The notes beneath the pieces were generated by a model. That model did not search any database. It was given only the letters and a program-made list of their open reading frames with translations, and was not told the DNA's origin. This document shows positions 48,523 to 61,615 of a DNA stretch of 61,622 nucleotides, one piece after another. The DNA lies in assembly GCF_000485595.1 (NCBI RefSeq), contig NW_014577080.1, positions 200,874 through 262,495 of the forward strand. Direction: 5' to 3'. Position numbers and translations under genes: made by a program. The stretch comes from Priapulus caudatus. Lineage: Eukaryota. Numbering within the stretch: position 1 is the first letter of the stretch; each line of letters opens with the position of its first letter.

Positions 48523-49753
48523 TAATAAGCCAGTTCGTAGTTACAGTCTGCGTATGCGCGAACTTAGCCACGAATTCTTCTGGGTAAGGTCATTTGTGAC
48601 AAAATATTTCGTATTTCGACCGTACATCACACATACGCATGCAGCTGTGTCGTTGTAATGCTACAGTCTTCGCGTGTGCACGTACACGTTCGTGCGTGCG
48701 TGCGTGTGCACGTACACGTTCGTGCATGCGTGTGCACGTACACGTTCGTTCGTGCGTGCGTGCGTGGGTGCGTGTGCACGTATGCGTGCGTGCTTGCGTG
48801 TGCACGTACACGTGCGTGTGTGCGCGCGTGTGCACGTACACGTGCGTGTGTGCGCGCGTGTGCACGTAAACGTGCGTGCGTACGTGTGCACGTACACGTG
48901 TGTGCGTGCGTGCGTGCGTGTGTGCGCGCGTGTGCACGTACACGTGCGTGTGTGCGTGCGTGTGCACGTACACGTGCGTGCATGCGTGCGTGTACACGTA
49001 CACGTACGTGTGTGCGTGCGTATGCACGTACATGTGCGTGCGTGCGAGCGTGCGTGCATGCGTGTGCACGTACACGTCCGTGCGTGCGTGTGCACGTACA
49101 CGTGCGTGTGCACGTACACGTGCGTGCGTGCGTGTCAACGTACACGTGTGTGCGTGCGTGCGTGAGTGTGCACGTACACGTGCGTGCATGCGTGCGTGTG
49201 CACGTACATATGCGTGTGTGCGTGCGTGCGTGCGTGTGCACGTACACGTGCGGGAGTGCGTGCGTGCGTGCGGTACGCACGTACACGTGCTTGCGTGCGT
49301 GTGCACGTACACGTGCGTGCGTGCGTGCGTGCGCACGTACACGTGCTTGCATGCGTGTGCAAGTGCACGTGCGTGCATGCGTGTGTGTGCACGTACACGT
49401 GCGTGCGTGCGTGCGTGCGCACGTACACGTGCTTGCATGCGTGTGCAAGTGCACGTGCGTGCATGCGTGTGTGTGCACGTACACGTGCGTGCGTGCGTGC
49501 GTGCGCACGTACACGTGCTTGCATGCGTGTGCAAGTGCACGTGCGTGCATGCGTGTGTGTGCACGTACACGTGCGTGCGTGCGTGCGTGCGTGTGTACGT
49601 ACACGTGCATGCGTGTGCACGTACACGTGCATGCGTGTGCACGTACACGTGCATGCGTGTGCACGTACACGTGCGGGCGTGCGTGCGCACGTACACGTGC
49701 TTGCATGCGTGTGCAAGTGCACGTGCGTGCATGAGTGTGTGTGCACGTACACA

Positions 49754-49792
<39 letters not shown>

Positions 49793-50919
49793 ATGTGCAC
49801 GTACACATGCGTGCGTGCGTGTGCACGTACATGTGCGTGCGTGCGTGCGGACGTACACGTGCATGGGCACGTACGCGTGCGTGCGTGCGTGCGCACGTAC
49901 ACGTGCTTGCGTGCGTGTGCACGTACACGTGCGGGCGTGTGGGCGTGTGCACGTACACGTGCGTGCGTGCGTGCGTGTGCACGTACACGTGCATGCGTGC
50001 GTGTGCATGTTCACGTGCGTGCGTCATTTGTGACAAAATATTTCGTATTTCGTTCGTACAGTACACATACGCATGCATCTGTGTCGTTGTAATGCTACAG
50101 TCTTCGCGTGTGCACGTACACGTTCGTTCGTGCGTGCGTGCGTGCGTGCGTGCGTGCGTGTGTACGTACACGTGCGTGCGTGCGTGTGCACGTACACGTG
50201 CGGGCGTGCGTGCGTGCGTGCGTGCATGCGTGCGTGTACACGTACACGTGCGTGCGTGCGTGGGCACGTACACGTGTGCACGTGCGTGCGAGCGTGCGTG
50301 TGCACGTACACGTGCGTGCATGCGTGCGTGTGTACGTACACGTGCGTGTGTGCGTGCGTGTGTACGTACACGTGCGGACGTGCGTGCGCACGTACACGTG
50401 ATTGCATGCGTGTGCAAGTGCACGTGCGTGCATGCGTGTGTGTGCACGTACACGTACACGTGCGTGCGTGCGCACGTACTCGTGCGGGCGTACGTGCGTG
50501 TGCACGTACACATGCGTGCGTGCGTGTGCACGTACACATGCGTGCGTGCGTGTGCACGTATACGTGCGTGCATGCGTGTGCACGTACACGTGCGGGCGTG
50601 CGTGCGCACGTACACGTGCTTGCATGCGTGTGCACGTGCACGTGTATGCGTGCATGCCTGTGCACGTACACGTGCGTGCCTGCGTGCGTGCGCACGTACA
50701 CGTGCTTGCGTGCGTGTGCACGTACACGTGCGTGCATGCTTGCGTGCGTGCGTGTGCACTTACACGTGCGCGCGTGTGCACGTACACAGAATTTGTGTAC
50801 ATAAACGTACTGAACCGAGAGCGCACGCCGCACTCGATATTTCATCGATTTTTGTCACAAATGACCCGGTGACCTGTGACGTCACACAACCTCTTGGCTA
50901 ACTTCGAACTGGCTTATTA
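48523..50919. mobile_element. TIR-bounded element filled with an expanded (GTGCACGTACACGTGC-(GTGC)n) satellite
   Basis: 21-bp TIR taataagccagttcg(t/a)agtta (20/21 match); sub-terminal IR gtcatttgtgacaaaa/ttttgtcacaaatgac; ~85-bp unique leader repeated at ~48589 and ~50023. Confidence 0.7.
48670..50787. repeat. ~2.1-kb alternating purine-pyrimidine minisatellite
   Basis: Direct reading; source of the spurious H/A/R/T/C/V ORFs. Confidence 0.97.
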
Positions 50920-53041
50920 CATAAGATAGATTGTCGTGTTACACATACATGCAATAGCAAAACCACACAAATCATTATGTTGGTTGATATTATACAGTTA
51001 CACATGGTCAAACATTATGCCCTTTGTACAAAAAATGGTCATGGAAACAGCGATGAACACCGATTTTTTATGGAATAGACAAACTGCCGGTCCCGTTTTT
51101 TTATTGTTTACTTAAAGCGAAGCAAGTAGCAGTGCTCCCCCACCACTGATAACTATATTATACATAGTAGACACATTCGCGGAATTAATTCTTCTGTATA
51201 AATTTTATAATAGATGGAAAATGTCCGAGTTAATCGTGAGTGTGTAGTTAAACTGTTGTTATCGCCAGAACAGGCTTAAATCACGTGCATTTCACATTTT
51301 TTGAAAAAGTATTCTGAAAAATATACCAAATGTGCCCATACAGAAAGGATTGCACCGACTGTACCATCATTCTATATCAGTTTGACAAATGCTTTTTCCA
51401 TGTTCATTTCATAGTAGCTTAGAGTAACTCGTAGATTCCTGGTTCCACCTGGTAGACCCGGGTTCCTATATTTTCTGATAAATACTTCTCTATGAAACTG
51501 CAGCAAGCAGTTACCTTGCGACTATCAATCCACGACAACGGAACGAGGCGTGCTGCACAACAAAGAGTATGTATATTTCACTAGCCGTAGAAGTTTATTA
51601 TTGCTCTGACGTTGTTCTACCGGTGTACTAGCCCCTTCGTTCTCGATACAGGAGAGATTCCTGTTAGCGGGATCAAAGAGGCTACACCGGTAGAGCTAGC
51701 TCCAACGTAGTTGACAACATTTCTTACATAAATTTGATATAGCGGTAATACAATTCCGTGCCTTGGTTACCTTCTACACTTCTCGTATCTGCAAGATTAG
51801 AATGCTGTTTTAGAATGAATAAAAATCCGTGTTAAAATAGAGTCCGATATTTTAAACTTCCAAGATTTTCCAAGAGCATTTTGTATAAAACGCCTATATA
51901 AGACTTATCAAATTGCCAACGTGCTGGAAGTAATTTTGCAATTTATTTTCACGCCTTTAGACCTTTTCACGTATTTAGAGTTTTAATTATTCTTGCGCTG
52001 AACTTTTGCGTTAAAGAAATACCGTTATCGTAGTTGTAGTAGCAGTAATAGTAGTAGGTGGAGGAGAGGAGGAGGAGGAGGAACAACTGATTAGCTCTTA
52101 GTTAACTCCCGAGTGGCTTTCTAGTTACACTTGCTGGTATGTACAACTTCGTACCACTCGTAGGAACTTTGCATCAGATAGCGGTGCCACTGCAGGCCGT
52201 GAAAGTTTAGTCAGCCACAGACCGCGTAGTCTTTTAATTCTTTGTGCGGTCGTTATATGGCATGTATGAAAATGCTCGGTTGCCCACATATTTGATCAGA
52301 TTTCGCGTGTTCGTCGTGCGTTCTTCGTTTTCGGTGTTTTTGTATCCGGGATCTTGCATTTCGCATTTTATTGGCGCTGCTGATAAATAAATACTCCCGC
52401 GGTTGTTGTTTGATGGTCGGTGAAATAATGGGTGTACGCAGTGTTTACTCGTGAAACATACAATATAAATAGAAATAATTCAATTCGAATACAACGTTTC
52501 AGTAACAACAACAATTATATTTAACATACATCGAAAACGATCCCTCACATGATGATCAGCGTGTTCCGTATGTGAATGAAATATGCCCAACACTCGCACA
52601 TATCACACATTAGATCCAGTGGTCGAGCGCCGCTGTTGTTTTTGGTTGCCTCGCAAATGGCTTTGTTTGTTGCATCGTTGTTTACTTGTTGTTGTAGGGA
52701 TACACCAACCTTCCACGTTGCATTCGACTATCTGGGTTTTATTTACGCGGCGGCCAACGGTCGTTGTCGGCGAAATAGGTACTTCTGCCAAGAACGTGTT
52801 CTCCACATCGGCGATAGACGTTTAAGTTTACTGCGTTACACGCGGACAACTATTGCAGTGTCATGTTCGTATGTGTTCAATCGTGGTGACACTCACAGCT
52901 ATGGTTAAGAAGTTAGGTCGTCTGCTTTCTCTCGTGCACTTCCTTTGACGTCAACCCATTGTGTTTGCAGTCATTTAATGTAGGCCTGTACACGATGCGT
53001 CTCTGCGCTTGCGTGACTAATTATGTAAACCTGTGTGCTGC

Positions 53042-54631
53042 CTACACTGTTTCCCAGTGGGGTGGATAATGATCCGTGGGCGATGTCTGTGCTGCTATTA
53101 AACTTCCTGGTCTGGCTCCCTTCGAGAAATATATGACGTCACCGCCTGTTAGAAACGCCGCCCACCAGCCGAACGTCCCCGTGGTGATGATTGTGTGGTC
53201 GCACATGCGCAGAATTGTCATGTCGACTTCCGGCGCTTGGCCGTCGTCCATGAAAACAACGTCGGGACCATCTATGTTTGCTTGGCACCACGCCAGGTCG
53301 TTGCTGGACGCGACGAACACGGCGCCGGGATATCTGGCGCGGTAGATTCCCATCGCCGCCGCCAGGTAGCGCTCGTCGGCTGCTACGTATCCCTGCCGCT
53401 GTTTGTCGGCGTCTAGAATGTTGCCTCGCCGCGCGTGCACGCCAACGAACACTGCCGCTGCGTCGCGTCCGCGCGCATTGCCGACCTTCCGTCGCCACAC
53501 GATGTCTGCCTGTCGCCGCACGTCGGCATCGAACGTAAACTCTCCGCGCAGCTCGTTGGCGAGCGACGCGAAGTACTTGTACGACTGCAGGTAGCCGACT
53601 AGCTGCACGTTGACTCCTCGCGGCAGGTCCATCGCGCGTGGCTCGTACCGCTGGGCGGCGCGCAGGTCGACACGCCGGAAGCCGTCTCGCAGCGCCACCG
53701 CGTCGAGCGGCGACCGCAGCGCCGTCAGGTTGAAGTGGCCGAGCAGACGCGCGCGTTGCGAGACGACGACGTTCATGGCGTTTGCGCGGGCGATGCCTAT
53801 CGTCGACGCGTGCTGGAACATGAGGTTGCCGATGCCGGCACGCGGCCGGTAGACCACCGTGACGTTGTACACGATGACGCCGCCCTCTAGCGGCGCCCGT
53901 GAACGTTCGGCTGGGAGGTGCGAAGGCGGAGCGGCGTGGTTTAGTTGTTCTAGCGCAGAGCGGTTATACGCGCGTTGGTTGCGGTGCACGGGAACCCATC
54001 TCGGGTTGTCGATAAATCGAGCGACGCCGACGTCTTTATCGACTGGGAACGACGACATTACGTCGGCGTTGATGTACGCGTGATCCACGCTGAGTTCGTT
54101 GTTCGCATTCTCAGGCGCGTGCTTGAAAGGCACGAATCTGTTACCACGATAAACGGCATTATTTCGTCTTCGGTTTGGTATGGATTTTGACCGCCCTTGG
54201 TTGCTGTTTGCGTGACGGTGTATGCCACCCAGCCGCGAAGTGTCCGGGTTGCTATCAATCGCGCGTTTATAGTTTGCCTCGTTGCTGTTGCGCGCGGCGT
54301 GGTTACGTAGACGTGAAGTCTGCTTCGCGATCTCTTCTCGATGAAACTCGTCTGCGATAGATTCCGTCTCGCGTGTGTCTTGCATTGCGTTGTCGGACTC
54401 TGCTGCCTTGCTGTCGTTGGTTCTGAGGGTTGAGCCCAGTGTCTGTGCTAGCGCGTGCAGGGCTAGCAATGCTACCGCGATCAGGGCTAGCAATGCTACC
54501 GCTAACACACCTAGAAATGCGGCAGCAGTGTTCGGTGATCATTTGTAGTCAATTATACGAAGGTTATTTCTACTTATATACGAACTATAGGTACGTGAGC
54601 ATTTAGATACCCCATTTTCTGAGTTTGCCAT
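53042..54631 (-). CDS. Galactoside alpha-1,2-fucosyltransferase (GT11, FUT1/FUT2-like), type II membrane protein; in-frame TGA at codon 31 (possible null allele or pseudogene)
   Basis: Motifs GIGNLMFQHA, GYLQSYKYF, VGVHARRGN and DMTILRMCDHTIITTGTFGWWAAFL; hydrophobic anchor AAAFLGVLAVALLALIAVALLALHALA; in-frame acaATGg at 54631 with TGA at 54539-54541. Confidence 0.88.
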
Positions 54632-57569
54632 TGTGCGCAATACATTTAATAGTTGTCATATATATATATATTCTGAATTACGAATTGAAAACGTCGTATT
54701 CGGTCGTTGTACTCACCCTTGCGTTTTAACTTGAGCCAGATCATTCTCAGCAATTGCAGCGTCCTTCGTACCATAGTTGATACAACTAGGCGGCGTGTAC
54801 CGTCAAAGATCTGAAAGACTGCATTAGATATATGAAATATGCGCTACATCCTGTGGGCTATGGTACAGTGCGTAGCGCCGCTCTGGTGTGTGTACACAGT
54901 TCGTGCTGCACGTCGGAAGGTGCTTGACCGATGGTTGAAGATACCGGTGAAAACACAGGTGGATGAGGAACCATCGACGTGCTACGAAAACGTATTCTTG
55001 CGTGTTATCGGTTCATTTGATTAGTCCGTCTGTTCACGTAAAATTACTAAATAACCGACGTGACGACGATGTTGGTTTGGATCGGCGACTCGGGCTGTCA
55101 TCAGCACACCACGTCTCTGTTCTCATGTGCGGCAGACCGCATCAAGGTTGTTAACCTATAGCTCTTGCGCTATTATAGCGGCAGCTAGCCCCCCTCCCTC
55201 CGTGCTATCGGGATATTATGCGTAACCGTAAGTTACTATTCTCGAATCGTAGGTTATTGTGGCTGTAGGAGAACACAGGAAGACGTACCCATGTCATACT
55301 CATAATATACCGTACCCTAGTTATGTGGTATTCGTCAACATTGGGATTAACGATAATAATTGATGACATATTGGAGTCTAAATCTATGCTATACTACTTA
55401 TTACACGAAGATCATGTTTAGTTTAGTGCATATAACCGGTATTTCTATTCCACACCATTTTACGCAATTAATGACTGTAGTACATGTCAATGTCGTCATA
55501 TCCTTTGAGTAATACGTGATATCTGTACGATGTCTGATGAAAATATTCGAGAGTTTGCACGCTGCTTTCTCAATTCCTAGATTCTATCCGATGTGTCCAA
55601 CAGGGGGCGCTACAATGTAGAGGATTTCCCACTCGGACTATGTACGAAGGTGTTCGTTTCGGCGTGCTGCAATTGCGCGTATGCATGAAAGCTATGAACG
55701 CATTACTAAGTAACTGCGCAATTAATAAGTACGTAGCTCGAAACTGTACGCTATAGAATAAGACTAACAGGCATCTCACGGATAATCCTAACATTCAGTT
55801 ATCGTAGCGGCACACGAGTCTTTGGCTTCACACGTACTCCCCCTACATGATCTGTACAGCACTTAAAGCGAAAGCGAATGACGGGTAGCGCTAAGCATTA
55901 TTTTCAGGCAGTCCGCTCATGCACCTGCCATTGCTCTGTTGTATCAGTCTGTCATTAAGTCAAATTCGGTGACGATATTCAAAACAATTACGCGAGAAAA
56001 GCGATTATAGATATTATATAGCCATAAAACGCAAACATTACTTACGATGGTGTAAACGCTGCAGAAAGAGCGAAATGTCTAGATAGCATATAGTAATCAG
56101 GAGCACCGAGAAATCCAAAGTCCACTCTATACTTCTACACCAGTAATATGAATTTCATCATGCCTCACATTATTCCAGCATCTTCCTCATGCTACACCGT
56201 CTTTGTTGTATTTATGTCATATTTATACTAATCTATATTGTTACTTGGATTAGGTTCTCATAATATTTAGCTAGCAGTATTTACAATTTTGACAAGGTTT
56301 GGCCGCTGGCTGTGTGTCCTAGACAATCCCGATATTCCGAGATGTAAGGTAACACTATAAAAACCTTTCGTTACCAAATGATGTTTGAACCATTTCGTGC
56401 TCAGAATACAACACAGACGGTAAACCATCGTGCGTACACAGCCTTTCATTTATAATAAAAAATACTATTATCCCGTTCTATTATGTTATAATTACCAACC
56501 TAAATAATAAAATAAACCATCTATAGATTGATCGGGGCTACGGCAGGTAATCTCCAAGTCAGAATACAGATATGAGATTATCGGACATTGCACCATCGTA
56601 AGAATATATTTCGTTATATATATATATATCGATTAAAATGTGTCGCTTGAAACCTGCCCGAATTTGACTAAATACGGACAGTATAGTTAACAATATATAT
56701 ACATACCTTTGAACATTACATCATTCCGCAGGCGCACGCACGCCCGCGCGCGCACGCACTCACAGATTGAGATTGAGATTCGTCTCAACAAAGTTTGCCC
56801 ATGACCAGATTCGTCGACGATGGTCATATTTCATAGGTTATTCCGCTCTTTACCAGTTCTACGTTCTCCCCTCTTTCACCTGCTCCGTCGTTTACCTCAT
56901 ATATCTAAGAATTTTGCACAAGGGAGAGATAGTGATCCGCTATAGGGGACGGCTTTGATTGGCTAATTTTGTCTCTTATTTATTTTATTTTTTATTATTT
57001 TTGGCTAATTTTGTTTTATTTTAGAATTAGGGATAGGGTTAGGGTTAACTGATTTCTATATCCACAACTTATTTCTATATTCACTATCTCTCCCCTGAGA
57101 CCTACTATATATCTACTCCCCACTTAACTACCGGATCAGTCTTTTCCCCTCACGTACCTCTAGCTCCTCTAACGTCTTGCCCTCACCTATGTTCCCTACA
57201 TTCCCCATCCCACAGCTAGCTCCTCCTTCACTATCTCTTCATTATCTACTTTCTCCCCTCGTTGACATCCTCGACCTTCCCCCACCTTCTTCTCTCTACA
57301 ATCCAACCCGCGCCTTAATCTTAGGAGAGGCTCCAACCAAACAGAGGGCGACTTGTCCACTGAAACATAAGACTTTATGTTAAGAGAGTCCGAATTGTCT
57401 TCCGAAGCGTCGTAATCTTAACACAAAAGGCTCGTTTTCCATGATCAAAACGAAGACCAGGCACAGGAACTACGTTTTGCAGGTAATCATAGGTCAGTAG
57501 CTTATAACTGTTTCGAAATGTTTTAGTGGTTGAGTGTTCAGTTGTTTATGTATGTTTATGCATGTGTAT

Positions 57570-57603
57570 CAGGAGTAGATGATAGGCCTATTATCTACTC
57601 CTG
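57570..57603. mobile_element. Palindromic micro-element CAGGAGTAGAT...ATCTACTCCTG with perfect 8-bp TSD ATGTGTAT
   Basis: atgtgtat|caggagtagatgataggcctattatctactcctg|atgtgtat. Confidence 0.65.
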
Positions 57604-60394
57604 ATGTGTATGTATGTGTATGGTGTTATGCAGTTTGTGTATGTTTATTGCAGCTCGTATTCGCGATGCCTCTTACGGCTGCGCATTAGAATATTGCAGG
57701 ATAACTTTTTGTGTAATTTGATGCAATATTTGAATATTTCAATGTACATCAAACGTTGTTTTTACTGAATCTTTTTAATTGTAACCCCAAAATTGCTTAA
57801 AACGGCATTGTTGTAGTTGCAGCAACTGTAATAACTATAGCAACTCTGATCCCAAGAAATATTGCTTTTTGCAGTGAAAAGAAGAAACCATGTTAATATA
57901 TTACAATGTAATTATATATTTGTATGATAAATTACGTCATGTGAAAACGTGATGTTATCTAGAGTATACACAGAATCCTGGTACTAGTGCTGACGTATAA
58001 GAAACGCGAGAAAATAATTTAAAATATATAACAAACATAACATTATATCATAAAACCCAATTGTTTTTTTTTAGATTTTAACATAAAAACGCATTGTTTA
58101 CATATAATTCTCTTGGTTTCAATTTTCATTTCGTTGTCTAATCATTTCAATCACGTACATTCCAGTATTCAAGCAAATCTCCGGATCCTGCTTTTTTAAT
58201 CAAAATCTGTTCTATACAGGATTGTCTCGGTAGTAATCTGACCTAGGTAATGCGTAAGCCTTATCTAACCGTATGTACATTCGTCAGCGCTTTTGCTAAT
58301 CGCGCTTTCGCTTCCGCGCACAGGCGGATAAAAAGAAAAATGTCTTTGTTAATGTGACATGTACCCATCAACACATTGAATGCATACGAGATCCATACTG
58401 TCTTCACAATTTCTTTAATTTGCCATTGATTCCGGGAAATTCCTTATAATCATAATATTATACTGCTCATATCTTTCCCAACGATTTACTAGGCTTATCT
58501 AACAACGTATATCGTGACAATAGAACACGTATTGTTTGCATTCAAGGCTGTGCTAATGAAAATCATCGTCCGATGGCAACGTGGCATAGACATGGCGATT
58601 TTTGCCTGCAACGAACATAATGACAGGGCTGAAAAAGGGGGAAGATGGACGTGAGAACGAAGAGGAAAGCGAGGGAGAGAATGAGAGGAATTGAGCGGGA
58701 GCGAAAGCTTCATAAAATGTTCACCAATGGAGTAGCTTCATTGTTGATGGAGGCGATTGATTATATGAAATGCAGTGCTAATACAAAGTGTCTTTGTTTT
58801 CTCTACATTAGCCAGCCCAATTAGGCCGTTGTGCCCACAAGTTCACCAATGTGGAATAACCGAGTTGCACTAACACGTTTTAAATTAATTGGAAATTATA
58901 ATTGTTCACTCGTGCATGCGGAGTAGATGGTAACTCGTGTTGTATCAGCATCTGTATTGATCAACGGCCAATTATGCCGCAGGGCGCACCATGGCGATGG
59001 ACGGTATCTTTGCAGCGAATTTGCATCGGTATCAAAAGCGCCGCAACAAGAAAGTACGCCATCCGAACACCTTTATAAGGTGTAAGTTTTCTGCCTTAGA
59101 GGCGCGGCACCATACTTAGTGGATTTGCATCCTTCGACTGAAATGTTCGTGGACTGCCTAATATAAAGCCCCGCAATGGCTCGCACTCGCGTGACCATTA
59201 ACTATAACATCTGTTACTAAATAATCACACATTGCTATCACAGATGTGACAGTTGCGAAAGAGAGCTGTTAAACAGTGGTGTAGCTTCGATCATATAGGT
59301 AACGTATTTTTAAATGTGTATGTCAATCTAATTGAAGCTTAAATTATGCTAAATAAAAGTAAGACCCCCAAACTGCAATCAATTGATATTGCTTCGATCT
59401 GTGTAACATATATGGTTAAGTTAAATTATTCTATGTCATGCTCAATTTTCCATAGATATTGAGAAATTTCAACATATACCACTAATATGCCCGCCTTTTA
59501 TTATCATTTTTTCTTGCAGGATTAAAACTGAAATGACCCTAGTTTTATATGTTTGACTATCCTAGGAGATTTCCTAACAGATGAGAGTAATATAATTTAC
59601 TGCTATAATGATAGTTATTTATTATAGTCAACCATATTCTATGTATCATAACTATATCATAAACCATATCTCATAACTATTCCACGTGAATCCACAACGA
59701 AACGAAATAAATTATGACTGGGCTAGGCCTACCCTATTCACTTTATGCCCCCACGGACCTTGCAGATGAACCAATTAACGTTTGACTAGCGTTGCACCTC
59801 TAACTCATAAAACCACATGAAGGCATCTGCTTGACTGCAAACAGAATCAGCTATTGTGTGTGCTATACAGCCCGAGCAACTCATTAATGGTAATTAATAA
59901 TTATATTAATTATCGCAATTATTTATAATGCTAAAGTGGTTTTTACTTTATTATGCTGTACTTTCATCATAAAAATATCTATTTGATGCATGCATGCCAC
60001 CATAATAATTCTCACGCAATTTGTGTATAATTATACTCGCGCTAATAATAACAGCAAGAGCTAATAATGGGTGTTTATTGGCTCTTGATAACAGTTATGG
60101 TACTGCGAGCAATTACTGTGCTACGTGCCAGTAGACTGTTGGCGTTGATTATCGGCACTGATAGATATACTAGAATAATAGAAGTTGTTATTTGGAAGTG
60201 TACGTAAAAGTTGAAATATTTGATGGACAGTATAAAGATCTCAGTGTATGGGTATCATTGCAAACATAGGTCTATCAAAATACACGTAGGCCTACATCGA
60301 CTCAAAACTAATTCAAATCTAGTCAGGAGCTTGCTATACCAGCCCCCCCCCAAATCCAGGTCTGTACCAATTCACTTTGCAGTACTGTTGGGGC

Positions 60395-60433
60395 CATAGA
60401 AATAATATAGGTGTCTCTATATATTTCTATATG
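60395..60433. mobile_element. Palindromic micro-element CATAGAAATA...TATTTCTATATG with near-perfect 8-bp TSD
   Basis: gttggggc|...|gttgggac (7/8 match). Confidence 0.45.
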
Positions 60434-61450
60434 GTTGGGACAATGTGTAAGCGCGCAGTACGATGATATTTATTTATTAATATTTATTTAAAAGGTTTGA
60501 CAACCCCTCCCCCCCCCACCTATCTGCACAGTGACGGAATATGGTTTTCTTTTTTTGTTTGTTTTTTGTTGTTGGTAGTATACCTGCTTTTATCGAGGAT
60601 TAGTGGAGACAAATAAGCAGGTTTCGTAATGTGTATCGTAAACTACCTTCCTGCTACTGGCATACATTATTGCGTACGTGTATACGTTTTTCTATTATAT
60701 ATTTTAACTAAGACAATAAAGAACGCGCGGAAGGTAGGTATACCTGTCTGACATTTAATGATCCGTGATTAGTGTCTTGTTCTAACTCACGCCTAGTAAG
60801 TTAATGTGACGACGCGACAGAATGATCAATTTTCAAGATCAGATGAGTAGTTTAATAGCGTCATTTAGCTCGCGCGAACACAGCGCCGCCACTATATTGA
60901 TTAATAATTAACAGCAAGTTAATGCCTTGCCGGTGATTTATAAGGTTGGCTAGAGAAAGGGGTCATTTGAGAGCGGGCACGGGAATTAAGTACTTTTCAA
61001 CAGTGTACCCTATAGTGAGTTGGAGTATTGGGTTATTTATAGGCTTAGTAGGTGACCACTTCGCAAACACTATTCATCCATTCACAAATATAAGCCAAGT
61101 TAGCGCAATTTTCGTGCCCGGTATATTACTTCAACGCCACATTTTCTGTTGCAGTATGTCCAAACTACCGGTCAGTTCTGGTCAACACTGGTCATATGGC
61201 AACAGTAAATATATCTATAGCTGCAAATTTCACCAACAGCGAATTTTATGCGCGATTGCTCCTATTCATACTGTACGTGTATGTGTGCGTGACGTTTGAT
61301 TGCCGTGTCGTGATGAAGTGTGACGAAAGAACATGCGAGTTATGTGTGGAGTATGTCGACTCAAGTCTATTAAATGCGTTTTACGCAGAGCAGTTAGGCA
61401 GCGCGTGCAATGTGAGGGTTACAGATTAAGAGGCACTTTAAATATGTAGG

Positions 61451-61490
<40 letters not shown>

Positions 61491-61491
<1 letters not shown>

Positions 61492-61615
61492 TGAATTACT
61501 AATTGAAAACGTATTCGGTCGTTGTACTCACCCTTGCGTTTTAACTTGAGCCAGATCATTCTCAGCAATTGCAGCGTCCTTCGTACCATAGTTGATACAA
61601 CTAGGCGGCGTGTAC
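61491..61615. repeat. Near-identical direct copy of 54673-54800 (upstream region of the fucosyltransferase)
   Basis: gtattcggtcgttgtactcacccttgcgttttaacttgagccagatcattctcagcaattgcagcgtccttcgtaccatagttgatacaactaggcggcgtgtac is shared. Confidence 0.9.

Noticed and set aside
48590..50901. ORFs up to 710 aa (HARTHV/CVRA repeats)
   Set aside because: Stop-free microsatellite translations in all frames
54539..54541. Selenocysteine or programmed readthrough at the FUT TGA
   Set aside because: The position is in the cytosolic tail, I could not identify a SECIS, and the context TGA-TCA is not the leaky TGA-CTA type; a nonsense change or error is simpler
59160..59590. TATA-like box, donor (~59299) and acceptor (~59519) suggesting a plus-strand gene
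   Set aside because: Downstream ATGs hit stops within about 12 codons; no coding support
61050..61130. Minus-strand 'HENCANLAYICEW' resembling a C-type lectin C-terminus
   Set aside because: Only a few residues match, the WND motif is missing, and there is no supporting exon structure
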